A stretch of 64,000 bases of DNA from an uncultured bacterium (GTDB taxonomy: Bacteria; Patescibacteriota; Minisyncoccia; Phycocordibacterales; CAIZLB01): the NCBI GenBank assembly GCA_903936565.1, contig CAIZVZ010000012.1, positions 3,778-67,777 of the forward strand, given 5' to 3'. Numbering within the stretch: position 1 is the stretch's first letter; every line of letters starts with the position of its first letter. Below are positions 51,550 through 61,327 of this stretch, one piece after another. Position numbers and translations under genes: made by a program. The notes below the pieces were generated by a model, which saw only the letters and a program-made list of their open reading frames with translations, was not told where the DNA came from and searched no databases.

Positions 51550-53145
51550 ATGAAGAAATTCAATAAAAATATTACAGCCGAATCACATCCGTCGCATTAT
51601 ATGATGCATAAATACTGGGGTAGAAAGCCTCACAATGTTGTTCGTGACTATATTTTAAATTTTACTAAGCCTGGAGACGTTGTCCTAGACCCTTTTATGG
51701 GTAGTGGAGTTGTCGTCATAGAATCTCTAAAGATTAATCGTAAGGTAATTGGAATAGACTTAAATCCAATGGCTTGTTTTATTGCTCAGAACACAATCAA
51801 TGATGTTGATTTGGATGATTTCTCGGTTGAATTTGAAAAAATATACAAAAAAAATTATGATCTTTTTTCTAAATTGTATCTTACTAAGTGTCCAACATGT
51901 AAGACAGAAGTTCCTTTCGAAAATTCTATTTGGGAACTAGAAGATTTTGTTAAGATAAAAGGTACGTGTTTACTTTGTGGTAAGTTTACAAAAGATACTG
52001 ATTCCCATGACCACAAAACATTCAATAAATCTAAGGATATTTTTTTCGAATTGAATAGTCAAAATAAAATATTTTATCCAAAGGATGAAATATTAAAGTT
52101 CGTCAAGAGAAACGGAAAAAGTCATGTTAATCAATTTTTTACCGATCGCTCTCTTGCTGTGCTTGGATCTATTATAAAAGATATAGAGAAGATAAAAAAT
52201 ATTAATACAAAGAATTTGGTTTTGATGTGTTTTACTTCAATGTTACCAAACGTGTCTAAAATGATTCCTGGAGATAAAGATACTGTAAATGGCAGATCGG
52301 GTTGGGTAATAAGTAAGTTATGGGCTCCCAAGATACACACAGAACGCAATCCATTGAACAGTTTTAGAGAAAGATTTAAAAAAATTAAAAAAGGAAAATT
52401 AGAACTAATTGATGCTTTTAACGCAAAGGATGCAAAAATATTAAACATTGACGCTACAAACCTAAAGGTAATAAAGAGTTCATCGGTAAATTATATTTTT
52501 ACTGATCCACCGTATGGCGATAGCATTGCTTACTTTGGGTTGAGTATGTTCTGGAATTCGTGGCTTAAAAAGGTTGTGGATTATGAAAATGAAATAATAT
52601 TTGATCCTTATAGAAATAAAAAATACGAAGATTATTCGAACCGAATGAAAAAAGTGTATGAAGAGTTGTTTAGAGTTCTTAAAAATAAGAGCTATTTGTC
52701 ATTTACTTTTCACAATAGAAATTTAAATATCTGGAAAGCTGTCATGGATGCTGTAACTGATGCTGGATTTCATCTAGTTAATGTTGTATATCAAGAACAG
52801 GCAGTAGCGTCGGGTACGCAAGGTATAAACAGAAATAATACACTTCGTGGTGATTTTGTATATAATTTTTTAAAGGACTCAAGTGTTATTTCTAAAAAAA
52901 ATAGCAACTTAAGTAAAATAGATAATGAGATAGAAATAATAAAGAAAGTAGAAAAATGGATTTTAAAAGCTGAAGGATCAATAACTTCTGACGCGTTATA
53001 TGAAAAGTTAATCCCGTTCATTGTTGAAGGTCAATTGTATGCTGATAATAACGGATTGGTTATGAACATAGAAGATGTGTTAAAGAGACATTTTGAATAT
53101 AGTTTTATCAAAACAAAAAAAGAATATGGCTGGCAAAAAAAATAA
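51550..53145 (+). CDS. Amino (probably N6-adenine) DNA methyltransferase with Zn-ribbon insert
   Basis: HKYWGRKP, LDPFMGSG, CPTC..CLLC and FTDPPY. Confidence 0.9.
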   Translation: MKKFNKNITAESHPSHYMMHKYWGRKPHNVVRDYILNFTKPGDVVLDPFMGSGVVVIESLKINRKVIGIDLNPMACFIAQNTINDVDLDDFSVEFEKIYKKNYDLFSKLYLTKCPTCKTEVPFENSIWELEDFVKIKGTCLLCGKFTKDTDSHDHKTFNKSKDIFFELNSQNKIFYPKDEILKFVKRNGKSHVNQFFTDRSLAVLGSIIKDIEKIKNINTKNLVLMCFTSMLPNVSKMIPGDKDTVNGRSGWVISKLWAPKIHTERNPLNSFRERFKKIKKGKLELIDAFNAKDAKILNIDATNLKVIKSSSVNYIFTDPPYGDSIAYFGLSMFWNSWLKKVVDYENEIIFDPYRNKKYEDYSNRMKKVYEELFRVLKNKSYLSFTFHNRNLNIWKAVMDAVTDAGFHLVNVVYQEQAVASGTQGINRNNTLRGDFVYNFLKDSSVISKKNSNLSKIDNEIEIIKKVEKWILKAEGSITSDALYEKLIPFIVEGQLYADNNGLVMNIEDVLKRHFEYSFIKTKKEYGWQKK

Positions 53146-54250
53146 AAAATTAAAAATTATAGATTTGTTCGCAGGGGTAGGAGGTCTTTCGTCGGGATTT
53201 AGAAAGGCAGGTTTTGAAGTTGTTTCAGCTAATGAATACAAACCTGATATAGCAAATACTTATATAAAAAATCACCCAGAAACGAAGATGTTTATAGAGG
53301 ATATTTCAAAAATTAAATCATCAGATCTGGTTAACGGAGAAGAAATTGACGTAATCGTAGGAGGACCTCCTTGTCAGGGATTTAGTATGGCGGGTCGCAG
53401 AATAAGAAATGATGGAGCTTTTTTAAATGATCCAAGAAACGAGTTGTTTAAGGAATTTCACCGGATAGTAAAAGATGTAAGACCAAAGGTTTTTGTTATG
53501 GAAAATGTTGCGGCAATGCTTAATATGCATGGGGGTACTGTAAAAGATAAAATAATTGAAATATTCAAAGAGATTGGGTATGAGACTGAAGTCAGAGTAC
53601 TTCTTGCTGCGGAATATGGAGTGCCACAACTTAGAAAAAGAGCTGTGTTTATTGGTAATAGGATTGGATTTAGTCCAAAGGATTTTTTTCCAAATAAAAC
53701 TCATGGCCCTCTATGTTCAAAACCTTTTGTTTCAGTAGGGGAAAGTATTTTAGATTTACCTAAAATATTGTCAGGGGCCGGAGAGTTTGAATCAGAATAT
53801 TTAAATAGTTCAGACATGACTAGTTATGAGAAGGAAAGAAAATCTAACTCCAAAAAACTTTATAATCACCAATCAACTAAACACGACAAAAGAATTATAG
53901 AGTTGCTTAAAAATATTAAACCAGGGCAAGGGCGAATTCATATACCTAAAGAGTTACAGACAAAATCTATTCATAGTGGTGCTTTTGGAAGACTAGAAAA
54001 AGGCAAACCAGCATATACTATTACGACTAGGTTTGATACACCTTCTGTAGGTAGAGTAACCCACCCCGTCTCTCATAGAGCCCTGACTCCTCGCGAGGCT
54101 GCAAGAATTCAATCTTTTGACGACGATTTTATTTTTTATGGAAATAAAAGTTCGATTGGAGTTCAGATTGGAAACGCTGTTCCCCCTCTATTAGCCAAGG
54201 CTATAGCATTGAAAATTAGAAGTGTCTTAGATAAACAAAAAAATGATTAA
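53126..54250 (+). CDS. C5-cytosine DNA methyltransferase
   Basis: DLFAGVGG, GGPPCQGFS, ENV, QLRKR, REAARIQSF and QIGNAVPP. Confidence 0.96.
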   Translation: MAGKKNKKLKIIDLFAGVGGLSSGFRKAGFEVVSANEYKPDIANTYIKNHPETKMFIEDISKIKSSDLVNGEEIDVIVGGPPCQGFSMAGRRIRNDGAFLNDPRNELFKEFHRIVKDVRPKVFVMENVAAMLNMHGGTVKDKIIEIFKEIGYETEVRVLLAAEYGVPQLRKRAVFIGNRIGFSPKDFFPNKTHGPLCSKPFVSVGESILDLPKILSGAGEFESEYLNSSDMTSYEKERKSNSKKLYNHQSTKHDKRIIELLKNIKPGQGRIHIPKELQTKSIHSGAFGRLEKGKPAYTITTRFDTPSVGRVTHPVSHRALTPREAARIQSFDDDFIFYGNKSSIGVQIGNAVPPLLAKAIALKIRSVLDKQKND

Positions 54251-55601
54251 AAAATATATTGAATTATTAAAAAACAAGGGTACTAAAAACTTTTGGAAAA
54301 AGGCTAAGCAAAAGGAGTATACAAAAGATGCTGTAAATAAAATATATCATGATTTGACTGCTCATTTTGAAGATCTAACCACACGTAACAGTATAACTTT
54401 GCGTTATTTAGGTTTAGTAATTAATCTAGGATCTGATAATCTAAAAGTTTCAAATGCTGGAGAAACATTTATAAGTTCCCCTTATAAGCAAAAAATATTA
54501 GATGAACAGATAATGAAAATTTATCTTGATTGCCCAAGACTCAATGATAATCTTTCCATTAAAATTGCCCCAATGGAGATTCTTCTGCATGTCTTGTATA
54601 AAATAAATTTTGTATCTTTCGAGGAGTATCAACTTTTCGTCTGTTGGATAAATAGCAAAGAGGATGTTGATCTGGCGCTTGATTTAATAAGCGAATATAG
54701 ACAATCTAATAAACAGTATTTATATATGTATGCCTTGAAAGAAAAGAGTGAAGAACTTGGTATAAGTGATTTTTCAGATAATGTTAAAAGATTTTTTGAC
54801 ATGTTATTAATATCTTCTTATATAACAAAAGATTATAATAATAATTTGTCATTAGCACTTTCTAAAAAAGACACCGAAATAATATTAGAGAGCTTTTCAT
54901 TAAGAGATTTTAGTGACGAACATTATTTTGATTATCTAACTACTAATAATGGTTGGCAGATTTACTCTATAAATCCGAATTATATTCGTGTCATTGAAAG
55001 TCTTGAGAAAAAAACAACAGAAGAGCAAGAAGATATAATAAATAATATAACGAACGACTTGAAGTTTCCAAATATTGACGACGTCAAACCTAAGATTATA
55101 GAGGTTGAAATTGATGATAGTCGTAGTGAGGAAGAGTCAACCCCTACAAGAAAAAAACTATCGCCACATAAAATTGACTTTGAAATTAGGGACAATAATA
55201 ATAGGGCGGCAGGGGATTTTGCGGAAAAAATCGTAATTAAACATGAGATAGAACAACTTTCTGAGGCAAATCAAACCACGGTTGATAATGTTAAGCAGGT
55301 TTCTCTAGAGGATGACACTTTGGGGTATGATATACTCTCATTTGATTTTGATGGGGTTACTGAGAAACACATAGAAGTTAAAGCTGTGAGAAGTGAACCC
55401 TCAATATCTTTCAGATTTTATATTTCAGAAAATGAAGTTTTAATAGCAAAGAATGATCCTAATTATTATCTTTATATTGTGTTTGGGTATCTTTCTGATA
55501 CTCCTTATATATATAAGATGCCGAATCCATTCACTAAAGATATTCCAGGAGTCACAATTGATCCAATTAAATATATTGTAACTGTTAAACTTAAAAAATA
55601 A
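54243..55601 (+). CDS. Putative restriction endonuclease with C-terminal DUF3883/NOV-type PD-(D/E)XK domain
   Basis: GDFAEKIV..E, LGYDILS, HIEVKA, FYISENE and YYLYIV. Confidence 0.8.
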   Translation: MIKKYIELLKNKGTKNFWKKAKQKEYTKDAVNKIYHDLTAHFEDLTTRNSITLRYLGLVINLGSDNLKVSNAGETFISSPYKQKILDEQIMKIYLDCPRLNDNLSIKIAPMEILLHVLYKINFVSFEEYQLFVCWINSKEDVDLALDLISEYRQSNKQYLYMYALKEKSEELGISDFSDNVKRFFDMLLISSYITKDYNNNLSLALSKKDTEIILESFSLRDFSDEHYFDYLTTNNGWQIYSINPNYIRVIESLEKKTTEEQEDIINNITNDLKFPNIDDVKPKIIEVEIDDSRSEEESTPTRKKLSPHKIDFEIRDNNNRAAGDFAEKIVIKHEIEQLSEANQTTVDNVKQVSLEDDTLGYDILSFDFDGVTEKHIEVKAVRSEPSISFRFYISENEVLIAKNDPNYYLYIVFGYLSDTPYIYKMPNPFTKDIPGVTIDPIKYIVTVKLKK

Positions 55602-55617
55602 AATTAATATCATATTT

Positions 55618-56016
55618 TTAAGTACTACTATCAAGTTCCGTCTTTTTTGATTCACCACTCTTGTCCTGCGGATTGTGTATCTCATATATAATCTTCTCCA
55701 CACCATGGTGAATCGGCTCAAAGAAGCCTCTAGGGCGAGGCTTTACATATTCTTTATGATTATTTTCTAACCATAATTTAGAGGCTCGAAAGTCGCCTTT
55801 CTTAATCAGAGAAATAATATGTCCTTCAGCAAGGTCGTTCACACTAGAGCGACCTTGTTTTAGTGCTTTTTCAAGTTTTTTAGCAAATCTTTTATCTTTT
55901 TCTTTCCACCTATATATAGTTGCTTTGCATATGCCAACTCGTCTACAAACAACAGATATGAGTGGAATCTCAACAAGTTCTTGAAGGAACTTTTCTTTAT
56001 CATCATGATTTTTCAT
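55618..56016 (-). CDS. HTH protein resembling phage terminase small subunits
   Basis: KEKFLQEL..ISVVCRRVGICKATIYRWKEKD..F; directly downstream of the ParB-methylase. Confidence 0.55.
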   Translation of the reverse strand: MKNHDDKEKFLQELVEIPLISVVCRRVGICKATIYRWKEKDKRFAKKLEKALKQGRSSVNDLAEGHIISLIKKGDFRASKLWLENNHKEYVKPRPRGFFEPIHHGVEKIIYEIHNPQDKSGESKKTELDSST

Positions 56017-57343
56017 GTATCTTTATTGCTTTTTTGCCAGTAAGATTTTCCCAGCGTTTTTTTATGACTTCTGCATATACTGGAGATTTCTCCATCAAGA
56101 AACACCTGCGGTTCATTCTGGTTGATGCCATAAGTGTTGACCCACTTCCTCCAAATGGTTCTACAATTAGATCATCTCTTTTGGTAAGGACTTTGATGTA
56201 GGGGATTAGTATCTCTAATGGTTTTGTGCCAAATATAACACCCTGTCCAGACGATGCTTCATCAGATGCTTTGTACTCAATGAAGTCTGTTGGACATATT
56301 TTCTTTCCTTTCTCGTACCCTTCCCATTGTGGCTTGCCTGAAATTGCATAAAGAGCTGTCTGATACTCATTCTCAAGGATTTCATCTTCTGGCTGAATAT
56401 TCATCTCTACAGAGTCTTCTGTTGTTCCAACCATAGCTATGTCATGTTTGCTAAAAAACTTATACTTAGCCGAGAAACCTTGAGTTCTGTTTGGTAAATG
56501 CCACACAAGCATGTTTTTTACCTTCCAGTATTTTTCCATCTCATTCCAAATGATTCTAATATTCTTCCAATTTTCATAAACGATTATATGAAAATTGTCT
56601 TTGGAAATATCTTTTATGTTCTTCATCCACAGTTCTGTGAAGTTGTCTGGTAGGGAATCAGTTTCAAGATATCTTCGATTCTTCTTTGCTCCAAAACCTG
56701 TAGTGACCCCATCCTTTTGTTTTGTTTTGCCAGACAAATAATCTAGTATATAAGGAGGGTCAGTAAAACACATATCGGCCTTGTGACCGTCCATGAGTGT
56801 TTGCATATCAGATTCTATAGTACTATCTCCACACATTAGTCTTGATCCATCTAAGTCATATACATCGCCCTTCTTAATGTCTATGTTTTGAATATCTAGT
56901 TTATGTAGTTCCTTTTCCAGATCAAACATCTCAGTTGTTTCTTCGGTAAGGAAGATATCGTCTAATTCTTCACTTGAAAAGCCAATGTCAGAAAGAAAAG
57001 TCTCGTCAAACTCCTTAAGTAAATCTAGATCAAATTCCCCAGTATTTTTATTTAGACGAATATTCAACTCCTTTTCTTTTTCAAGATCTGCGATATTCAC
57101 ATAAACTACAGGTATTAAATCTATACCTAGTTCTTTTGCCACTTCGTATCTGAAACACCCGCCAATTATCACATTTTCACGTCCGGGTGCATTGTTGCAT
57201 ATAATAGGATCGATAAAACCGAATCTCTTTAAAGATTCTTTTAACTGGTCGGATTGGTCCTTGGAATGTTTTCTTGGATTGTAATCTGGTACTACTAACA
57301 TGCTCGTTGAGAGATACTCAACTTTAATATTCTCCTTGTTCAT
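56003..57343 (-). CDS. Phage-type ParB-like domain + N6/N4 DNA methyltransferase
   Basis: YNPRKH..SLKRFGFIDPII, LMCGDS, FTDPPY, KPLE and EPFGGSGST. Confidence 0.88.
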   Translation of the reverse strand: MNKENIKVEYLSTSMLVVPDYNPRKHSKDQSDQLKESLKRFGFIDPIICNNAPGRENVIIGGCFRYEVAKELGIDLIPVVYVNIADLEKEKELNIRLNKNTGEFDLDLLKEFDETFLSDIGFSSEELDDIFLTEETTEMFDLEKELHKLDIQNIDIKKGDVYDLDGSRLMCGDSTIESDMQTLMDGHKADMCFTDPPYILDYLSGKTKQKDGVTTGFGAKKNRRYLETDSLPDNFTELWMKNIKDISKDNFHIIVYENWKNIRIIWNEMEKYWKVKNMLVWHLPNRTQGFSAKYKFFSKHDIAMVGTTEDSVEMNIQPEDEILENEYQTALYAISGKPQWEGYEKGKKICPTDFIEYKASDEASSGQGVIFGTKPLEILIPYIKVLTKRDDLIVEPFGGSGSTLMASTRMNRRCFLMEKSPVYAEVIKKRWENLTGKKAIKIHEKS

Positions 57344-57666
57344 ATTTAATTTAATTAACTAATAAAATCGAATCTTTCCTATATAAATGTAGTTTTTAGA
57401 GTTAATTTGTAGGTGAAAGTTTGCAAGCGTTTGGTTTAATATCAGTTTTATGCACTAATTATATAACATATAAAACAAAAAGCATTAAAAAGTGTGCATA
57501 AATTTAAAATGTAAGTTTTTGATCTATATTTTTGAGTAAGAACCATGAAATGAATATCGGCGTTTGCTGATAACTTGCCAGAGACATGATTAGATAGCCC
57601 AGAGGCTCTTTGTTTCAAATTTAGCAAAAATCTAGTAGACTTAGGACAAATATAATAAACAATACA

Positions 57667-59163
57667 ATGAGCCATATAATCTCAAAAACACTTTTTCTAG
57701 AGTACCGCTATTGCCCCAAGAATATTTGGCTTAAGCTAAATAAACGAGAATTACTTGATAAGTTCACACTTTCCGACTTTGAAAAGCATCTTGCAGAGCA
57801 GGGGAATGAAGTTGAATCATGTGCTAGAGGTTTGTTTTCCAAGGGGGTTGAAGTTAAGTCTAACGGGGAGGGTGCTTGCATAGAAACTGTGCAGCTTATA
57901 ACATCAGGAGTTAAAACACTTTTTCAATCAACGTTTATTGTCGATGGATTTATTGCTCGTAATGACATACTCCACTTCGATGAACAGAATGATTGTTGGG
58001 ACTTATTTGAAGTCAAAGGTACAAATAGTTTAAAGGAAAGTGGAGAAAGAGATCATATTGAAGATGTAGGGTTTCAAGTTTCAGTTCTTAAGCGTGCAAA
58101 TGTGAGGATAGGTAAATATTTCTTGATTCATTTAAATAAAGAATATGTACGCGACGGCGATTTAGATCTAGGTCTTCTATTTAAAATAGAAGATGTGACA
58201 GAAAAAGTAAATGAGAGATTGGTAGATATTGAAAAACAAATGGATTCAGCTCGTGAATATTTAAATAGAGAAAGTGAACCAGAAGGAGGTTGTGACTGTG
58301 TATACAAAGGGAGAGGTAAGCATTGCTCAACGTTCAAGCATTCTAACTCGCATGTGCCTGACTATTCAGTTCACGATCTTTCAAGTATAAGAGAAAAGAA
58401 AGTGACTGAATTAATAGAAAATGGAATCTTTGAGCTAAATGACATTCCAGATGAGTTTGAATTATCTGATAATCAAAAACTTCAAATAAGTGCTCATGTA
58501 AGACAATCGCCAATTATTGATTTGGGTAGTGTAAAGGATGAGTTAGATAAACTTGAATTTCCTTTATACTTTTTTGACTATGAAGCTTTTGCTCCAGCAA
58601 TTCCAATGTTCAATGGTTATAGCCCTTACAATCCAATTCCATTTCAATTTTCTTTGCACATATTAGATGCGCCAAATACTGAGATGCGACATGTTGAATT
58701 TCTGCATATGGAAAGAACTGATCCATCACATCTAGTCGCCGAGATTTTAGACAAACATATTTCAAATAAGGGGACAGTAATTGCTTGGAATAAGTCTTAT
58801 GAGACAAGAGTGAATGAACAGATAGCTGCACGCTTACCACAATACAATAGTTTATTTAGTAGAATAAATAGTTCAATGTATGATTTACGTGATATATTTC
58901 AAAAACAGTATTATGTGCACCACGGCTTTAAGGGTAAGACTTCTATAAAAAAAGTTCTTCCAATTCTTGCTCCAGATCAGCGTTATGATGTTCTAGATAT
59001 TCAAGAAGGTGGACAAGCTGCAGACGCATGGTGGAGGATGGTGTCTCCCGTCCCTGGCGATGAGGAGAAAGCTAAGATTGCAAAAGATCTAAAGATTTAT
59101 TGTGGTTTAGATACATATGCGATGTACGCGATTTGGAAGCATTTAGTTGATTTAATGAATTAA
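57667..59163 (+). CDS. DUF2779-type protein (RecB/Cas4-like nuclease + RNase H-like domain)
   Basis: ISKT..CPK, DIL..EVKG, Cys cluster CDC..C, FFDYEA, PFQFS, SIKKVLP and YCGLDT. Confidence 0.75.
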   Translation: MSHIISKTLFLEYRYCPKNIWLKLNKRELLDKFTLSDFEKHLAEQGNEVESCARGLFSKGVEVKSNGEGACIETVQLITSGVKTLFQSTFIVDGFIARNDILHFDEQNDCWDLFEVKGTNSLKESGERDHIEDVGFQVSVLKRANVRIGKYFLIHLNKEYVRDGDLDLGLLFKIEDVTEKVNERLVDIEKQMDSAREYLNRESEPEGGCDCVYKGRGKHCSTFKHSNSHVPDYSVHDLSSIREKKVTELIENGIFELNDIPDEFELSDNQKLQISAHVRQSPIIDLGSVKDELDKLEFPLYFFDYEAFAPAIPMFNGYSPYNPIPFQFSLHILDAPNTEMRHVEFLHMERTDPSHLVAEILDKHISNKGTVIAWNKSYETRVNEQIAARLPQYNSLFSRINSSMYDLRDIFQKQYYVHHGFKGKTSIKKVLPILAPDQRYDVLDIQEGGQAADAWWRMVSPVPGDEEKAKIAKDLKIYCGLDTYAMYAIWKHLVDLMN

Positions 59164-59164
59164 A

Positions 59165-59695
59165 ATGAAAAATAAACTTACAAAACATTTAAATTTCTCC
59201 AGTATATCACTATGGAATGAAAAATTTGATGATGTTCTGGAATTGGATAAACATCTAGATAAGTTAGATAAAAGAGTTGTTTTCATTGGTCTTAACGCAA
59301 CAAAAACACTTGATCCTTTTCTAAATTTTCATTCTGTGAGAAGAGGGGGAAGAGATAGATGGATCAAAGAGGCTTTCGACAATGGCAATTTAGGAATTGT
59401 CTATATGACTGATGTAATTAAGAATGATACAACGGTGGATTCTGGTAAGGTAAATTTGTCAAAAGAGAATATTAAAGAAAATCTTAAATATTTAAAGCAA
59501 GAGTTGTTAGATTTGAGTAGTGATAAAAAGCTGGTGATTGCAGTGGGAGGTGAAGTTAAGAAAATAATTTTAAATAATAAGGACTATCTAGGTGTAGAGG
59601 ATGTCTTTTGTTGTAGGTATTATGCTAGTCGCTGCACAAAGGATGAATTTCTAAGGAGTTTCTCTGATGTTGTAAAAGAAATAATTAAAATATGA
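59165..59695 (+). CDS. Uracil-DNA-glycosylase-superfamily-like protein
   Basis: VVFIGLNA, NFH, YMTDVIK and LVIAVG pattern of the UDG fold. Confidence 0.5.
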   Translation: MKNKLTKHLNFSSISLWNEKFDDVLELDKHLDKLDKRVVFIGLNATKTLDPFLNFHSVRRGGRDRWIKEAFDNGNLGIVYMTDVIKNDTTVDSGKVNLSKENIKENLKYLKQELLDLSSDKKLVIAVGGEVKKIILNNKDYLGVEDVFCCRYYASRCTKDEFLRSFSDVVKEIIKI

Positions 59696-60258
59696 AAATA
59701 GACATAAATAAAATTGAAAAAGACTCATTAAAAATTAAAAACATTAGTGATAATTCATATATTCAGTCTTATAAAGAATTCATTAAATATTTTGATGGTT
59801 TAGATGAGATAAAAAAAGAAAATTTAATAATAGGTTCACATCTTGTGTATGGCTGGATGCCAAAGGTCTTGCGTCTTAATTTGAGACAGGAGAAGGAGGT
59901 ACTTCAAATTTTAAATGAAGTCAAAAGAGGTGTGTTAATATCAAAAACAAATTTGGAAACCTTGAGGTCAGCAATAGGTAATTCAATGGTTGGCGTATCT
60001 AAGCTTCTGCATTTTATATCACCAAAGAAGTATGCTATTTGGGATAGCCGGGTATATAGCTATATCCATAATGGTGTAAAGCCTTATGACTATCAGATAA
60101 AAAGACCTGAATTGTATTTGGAATATTTACAAGAAATGGAGAAGGTCTCAAAAGAAACTGCTGTAAAGGAAATACAATCTACCGTAGTGAAAGCTTGCGG
60201 ATATAAAGCAACTCCATTTAGAGCTATTGAATTAGTTATGTTTGAGACAGGTAGGTAA
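59692..60258 (+). CDS. Hypothetical helical protein, possibly HhH-type glycosylase-like
   Basis: VYGWMP and VGVSKLLHF..P..YAIWDSRV. Confidence 0.5.
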   Translation: MKIDINKIEKDSLKIKNISDNSYIQSYKEFIKYFDGLDEIKKENLIIGSHLVYGWMPKVLRLNLRQEKEVLQILNEVKRGVLISKTNLETLRSAIGNSMVGVSKLLHFISPKKYAIWDSRVYSYIHNGVKPYDYQIKRPELYLEYLQEMEKVSKETAVKEIQSTVVKACGYKATPFRAIELVMFETGR

Positions 60259-60301
60259 AAGGTCTTTAATTATTCTCAGACAGGAGTATTATATTAGGTA
60301 T

Positions 60302-60964
60302 ATGAGAGTCCCAGATGAAAAAATTCAAAAAATGAAAGATATTCTTGAAAAAAGAGGTGGAAAGGAAGTAACTTGGGCAGAAGCTTCTGATGCTTCAACT
60401 AGACTATCAAGTCTCATGGAGTTACTTTTAAAACATGCACAGGAAGACTGGAAAAGGGAACAGAAGCTCAAAGAATATCCAAAAGGTTTTTCTTTAGGCG
60501 GTGTCGGTTATTCTTGCTTTATATGTGGACAAGGAACTTCTTTAAATGGAAATTGGTACGATAAATATGGAATAAAATGTATGGTCTGTCAGGATTCAAT
60601 TAACAGAAAGGAAATACCCGCAAGTTTATCTAAGGATAAAGAAAGTTGGTATAGTAAATATGATCTAGAAGGTAGTTTTAATTTGAAAGCACCAACCCTT
60701 CGAGGTTGGATAAAGAGAGGTATTATCAAAGCTCGTACACTTACATATAATGGAAAGGGTGTGCACTATCAAGTATTTCTAATTAAGGATAACAAAGGAT
60801 TTTTACCACCGAAACATATGGTAAAAAATCAATTTGTTAGTGAGGAGATTGACGGTAAAATTTGGCATCATTCAGAACCTTGGTATAAGTTTGTTGACCC
60901 TTTTGAGCACTTAAAGGACTATGGAATCATGAAGTATATGAGTTACACGGAAGTGGAAAAATAA
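60302..60964 (+). CDS. Hypothetical protein with CxxC..CxxC and HTH-like segment
   Basis: CFIC, CMVC and TLRGWIKRG. Confidence 0.7.
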   Translation: MRVPDEKIQKMKDILEKRGGKEVTWAEASDASTRLSSLMELLLKHAQEDWKREQKLKEYPKGFSLGGVGYSCFICGQGTSLNGNWYDKYGIKCMVCQDSINRKEIPASLSKDKESWYSKYDLEGSFNLKAPTLRGWIKRGIIKARTLTYNGKGVHYQVFLIKDNKGFLPPKHMVKNQFVSEEIDGKIWHHSEPWYKFVDPFEHLKDYGIMKYMSYTEVEK

Positions 60965-60978
60965 TTTTCTATTTTCCC

Positions 60979-61022
60979 TCTATCCCTATGATGTTTGGGT
61001 ACCCAAACATCATAGGGATAGA
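60979..61022. repeat. 44-bp perfect loopless palindrome
   Basis: TCTATCCCTATGATGTTTGGGT|ACCCAAACATCATAGGGATAGA. Confidence 0.95.
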
Positions 61023-61327
61023 AGAGAAGTACGTCAATAACACTACAACACAAAGTTGTGTTGTAAACATTAATTTTGAAATTGATCTTAATGATGTATT
61101 GGAAAGCATTAGAGTGTTGCTCTATTATATCAGAAAAACGGCTAGAAATAAAGGTTTAGTTCCAAAATCAAAGAATATTTTTTTAGTCATAACATATTGC
61201 CCAGTGTGTCTCATTTGTCTTATTTTGGAAATAAAACACCCGACCGAGACGGGTCAATATGATACAATAATAATCGTTGAAGAACCCTTACGGTGTCTCA
61301 CGGTGAGAGGTTCTAGACCGAAGTACA

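Noticed and set aside
49093-55601. DISARM, BREX or classical Type I/III RM assignment
   Set aside because: No DUF1998, PLD, PglZ, BrxC or HsdS; two different MTase classes plus a separate nuclease do not fit
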